Source of the DNA: Chiloscyllium plagiosum
Lineage: Eukaryota
Length of the DNA stretch: 35,135 bases
Assembly (NCBI RefSeq): GCF_004010195.1
Contig: NC_057719.1
Span: 3,393,536 to 3,428,670 of the forward strand
Reading direction: 5' to 3'
Below, in pieces: positions 32,311 to 35,135 of the stretch (positions are counted from its first letter, which is position 1; every line of letters begins with the position of its first letter). The notes under the pieces are model-generated. The model made no database searches and had not been told where the DNA came from. It saw nothing but the letters and a program-made list of their open reading frames with translations. Position numbers and translations under genes: made by a program.

Positions 32311-33724
32311 CAAACAGAATATAAGACTGAGCCACCAGAAAAGATAGTCCAGCAGCCACTAAAGTCTTGGCCCAGGAGTTTTTTTCATGGAATGCTGGAA
32401 AAAGGACGAGATAGGAAAGTCGGGGGCTGGTTCGGGAAAGGAATTCCAGAAATTAAGGCCTTGTCACTTGAAGGGGGATCAACATCGGAGGAGAGACCTT
32501 GGCCTAGTCAGTTGGTCCTAGAGTACGTGCTGAGATTCAGGAGCAGTCCCGACCCACCTCACCTGTCTTGGGAAGGAGGGGCCCGAGTGAAGGGACTTTA
32601 GGGGAGGTGCGTGACTGTGTCTCCCCCCCGCCTGTACCCATTTCCGAGCAGCTCTGTGGAGTACCCAGTCCCCCTTTCTCCCAGCTCTGCAGAGTGGCCA
32701 GGCCCACTATGAACACAGGCCTCCTGGTGATCCCAGACCTTTCTTGCAGTTGTGGGGTTACAAATGAGGCCCTTTAACCTCACGCAACACTGAGTACAAA
32801 TGTCTGGCCTGGTGAATTCTGGCCTCCATCAGTGTGGGGCCCTCACCCTGGGCCTGCAGGTGGAAACAGGATCTACTGATGCGAGAGGAATAGCTTGGTC
32901 AGTGAGTTGGCTTCTCTAGAGCATCTTAAACAAGGGAGATCTGGGGTTGGGCCTAGGCAGCTAAAGGAAAAAACAGGTCACATTCCATGCCTAGGTTAGA
33001 AAGAATCAGCTGACAGAACATGGTTTAGGGCCTGGATTAAGAAGAATAGTGAAGAGCCATCAATGGATTGTTCAAATGATATGTGGATTGTTCTTAACCA
33101 ATGTTCCTGCCCCTGCCTCCGTTTTTTGGGAGGGAGGGGAAATGGAAGGGGCTATGGTTAGATTTAGCTGAGATGGCCCCACAAAATAAATAAAATGGTG
33201 GGGTGCTCATAACGTGCAACCCTTGATTCACCCCTTAGTGGAACCAGACAGTGGGGCCCATGAGAAGAAAAATCGCAGAAAAGAAACGACTGTAAAATTT
33301 TAGTACAATTGACATTGGTTTTTGGCTTACAGCTATGATGCTGAGGTGATTAATGCACGAGGAGTGGGTTGAGAGGAATGATGAGTTCTGTCCACCAGCT
33401 TCATATTGTTAGGCTACTGTACACATAATATCTTCGATATTTTGATATGGACCAGGCCCTTGGCTCATCCTAATAGTCCTGGCTCAGCATGGAAGCTATC
33501 TAACATTTTCCAATCCAATTGTCAGCTGCTCTATTTGGTTTTGCAATTGATTCAGAGACAATTTGTGCCAAAATTCTCCACATCTGAAAGACCCACTGGG
33601 TCATCAACAAAACAATTCCTACTGAATTTTGCACTAATGTTCGAAATCACAGACTCCGGACCAGGACACGAAATGTTACAGAATGTGGGAATGAAATCCA
33701 GGAAATTATTTATAACCCTTTTTA

Positions 33725-34165
33725 TTATTTTATTCATTCAGGGGATGAGGTCGTCACTGGCTGGGTCAGCATTTATTGCCATCCCAAATTGACCAGAGGG
33801 AAGTTAAGAGTCAACCCCATTGCTGTGGGTCTGGAGTCACATGTAGGCCAGACCAGGTAAAGATGGCAGCTTCTTTCCCTGAATGACATTACTGAACCAG
33901 ATGGGCTTTTCCAACAATCAACCAAGGATTCGTGGTCATCATTAGACTCTTAATTCCAGGTTTTTGTTGAATTGTAGATGATCAGCCATGATCATAAGAA
34001 ATGGTGGTGCTGGCTCGAAGGGCCGAATGGCCTACTCCTGCACCTATTGTCTATTGAATTCAAATTCCATCATCTGCCATGGTTGGATTGGAACCCGGGT
34101 CCCCAGAACAGGACCTGGGTCTCTGATTAACGTTCCAGTGATAAAATCACTTAGGCAATCCCCTT
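33725..34165 (-). mobile_element. Second-family SINE containing a short plus-strand CR1 tail (about 33973-34053)
   Basis: Homologous to 19755-20122; the insert gatgatcagccatgatc...ctattgtcta has TTGAATT on both sides. Confidence 0.75.
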
Positions 34166-34387
34166 CCCCCATTGACAAAGAACCCAGCCATGCCCTCAGT
34201 ACTGTAACTTGGAAAATTACCCCAGCGAGTAATTCATGAAGTGGATGGAATGTACAGAACGTAGGATGGAAAATTAAAAGCTTTGAAAAAGTGTCACTTT
34301 GAACACAGGGCACGGAATCCAAATGTCCAATTAAAAGGAAGCCTGTGATTCCCCCATTCTTTACACAGTCTAGCGTTGTTCACTGAC

Positions 34388-34463
34388 CAGCTGTTTGAGA
34401 GAGTCGGCAGATTGAAGCACTCGCTTATTCTCCTGAAGAAGAAGGACTTCTCTTGCTCGGAGT
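34388..34463 (-). CDS. Exon A (76 bp, phase 2 to 0), coiled-coil; the gene start lies further upstream, probably beyond the window
   Basis: Acceptor cattctgctctgttctacag|A, donor CTG|GTCAGT; reads LRAREVLLLQENKRVLQSADSLKQL and joins exon B in frame. Confidence 0.8.
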
Positions 34464-34544
34464 CTGTAGAACAGAGCAGAATGATCAGTTCTTAGACAGC
34501 AAGACTGTTTCTAACGCAGGACTGGATTAGCAGTAAAAGTTGAG

Positions 34545-34610
34545 AGTAAAGCTTACTGAGTTGGACTGAAGGATTTGTTTGTATGCTGTACAGCGCTATG
34601 ACTCTATGAC
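34545..34610 (+). mobile_element. CR1 extreme 3' tail
   Basis: gttggactgaagga...tgctgtaca...ctatgactctatgact. Confidence 0.7.
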
Positions 34611-35002
34611 TGGAAGCAACTCAACACTGGATTCAAATCTGGACTCATCATACCAGGAAGAGAGGAGGTTTTATTATCAAAGCTGAATTTCCACCACCCA
34701 ACCTAATTGTAACTCAATTTTTGTTTGATACATTAAGCAGTGCTTCAAATGGAAAAAGGATCTGATAGCTAAGCACTTAGAAAACCAAATAAACAAAATG
34801 GAGAAGTCAAAAGGTCACATCCCACCATTTCAAGGCAATCAGTTAAAGGCTGAGACACCTGACGGTTTAAGTATTAGAAATTATAATATTTACTCTTAGG
34901 ACAATGGGTTTGTGAAAGTCTCCATAGTCCCAGAGGACCATAAGTTGTTCTATCATTGGACAGAGGTGACTGGTGGTGAGGTTAACCTGAGGGTCACTGT
35001 GG

Positions 35003-35135
35003 TAAAAACAATGACTGCAGATGCTGGAAACCAGATTCTGGATCAGTGGTGCTGGAAGAGCACAGCAGTTCAGGCAGCATCCGAGGACAGGCAAAATCGA
35101 CGTTTCGGGCAAAAGCCCTTCATCAGGAATAAAGG
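35003..35135 (-). mobile_element. Penelope terminal region running off the window edge
   Basis: Same family as 9015-9138, 9473-9657 and 32228-32310. Confidence 0.85.
35095..35130 (-). ncRNA. Minimal type I hammerhead ribozyme motif with intact core
   Basis: ATTC-CTGATGA-A-GGGC(TTTT)GCCC-GAAA-CGTC-GATT: GUC triplet, ACGT stem III, weak stem I. Confidence 0.75.

Overview
Repeat-dense vertebrate genomic DNA, almost certainly from a shark or ray: it carries HE1-type SINEs with CR1-derived tails, many CR1 LINEs and Penelope-like elements. There are no prokaryotic-type features. A spliced minus-strand gene can be reconstructed by hand from six phase-compatible exons between 34463 and 20743. It encodes a coiled-coil region followed by a long Q/H/S/P-rich low-complexity region, and I do not recognise it. 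Nearly all other ORFs in the track are transposon fragments or chance ORFs. The most unusual signals are: (1) the same non-LTR 3' tail inserted at the homologous TATA-region site of the same LTR family at two separate loci, once next to a tRNA-Leu-derived sequence, suggesting a target-specific retrotransposon or SINE system; (2) a 29-copy 41/42-bp minisatellite whose unit joins the truncated end of a Penelope endonuclease ORF to flanking DNA; (3) several minimal hammerhead ribozyme motifs, some inside short palindromic Penelope-derived elements. All calls were made by eye, family names come from recall, and repeat boundaries are approximate.
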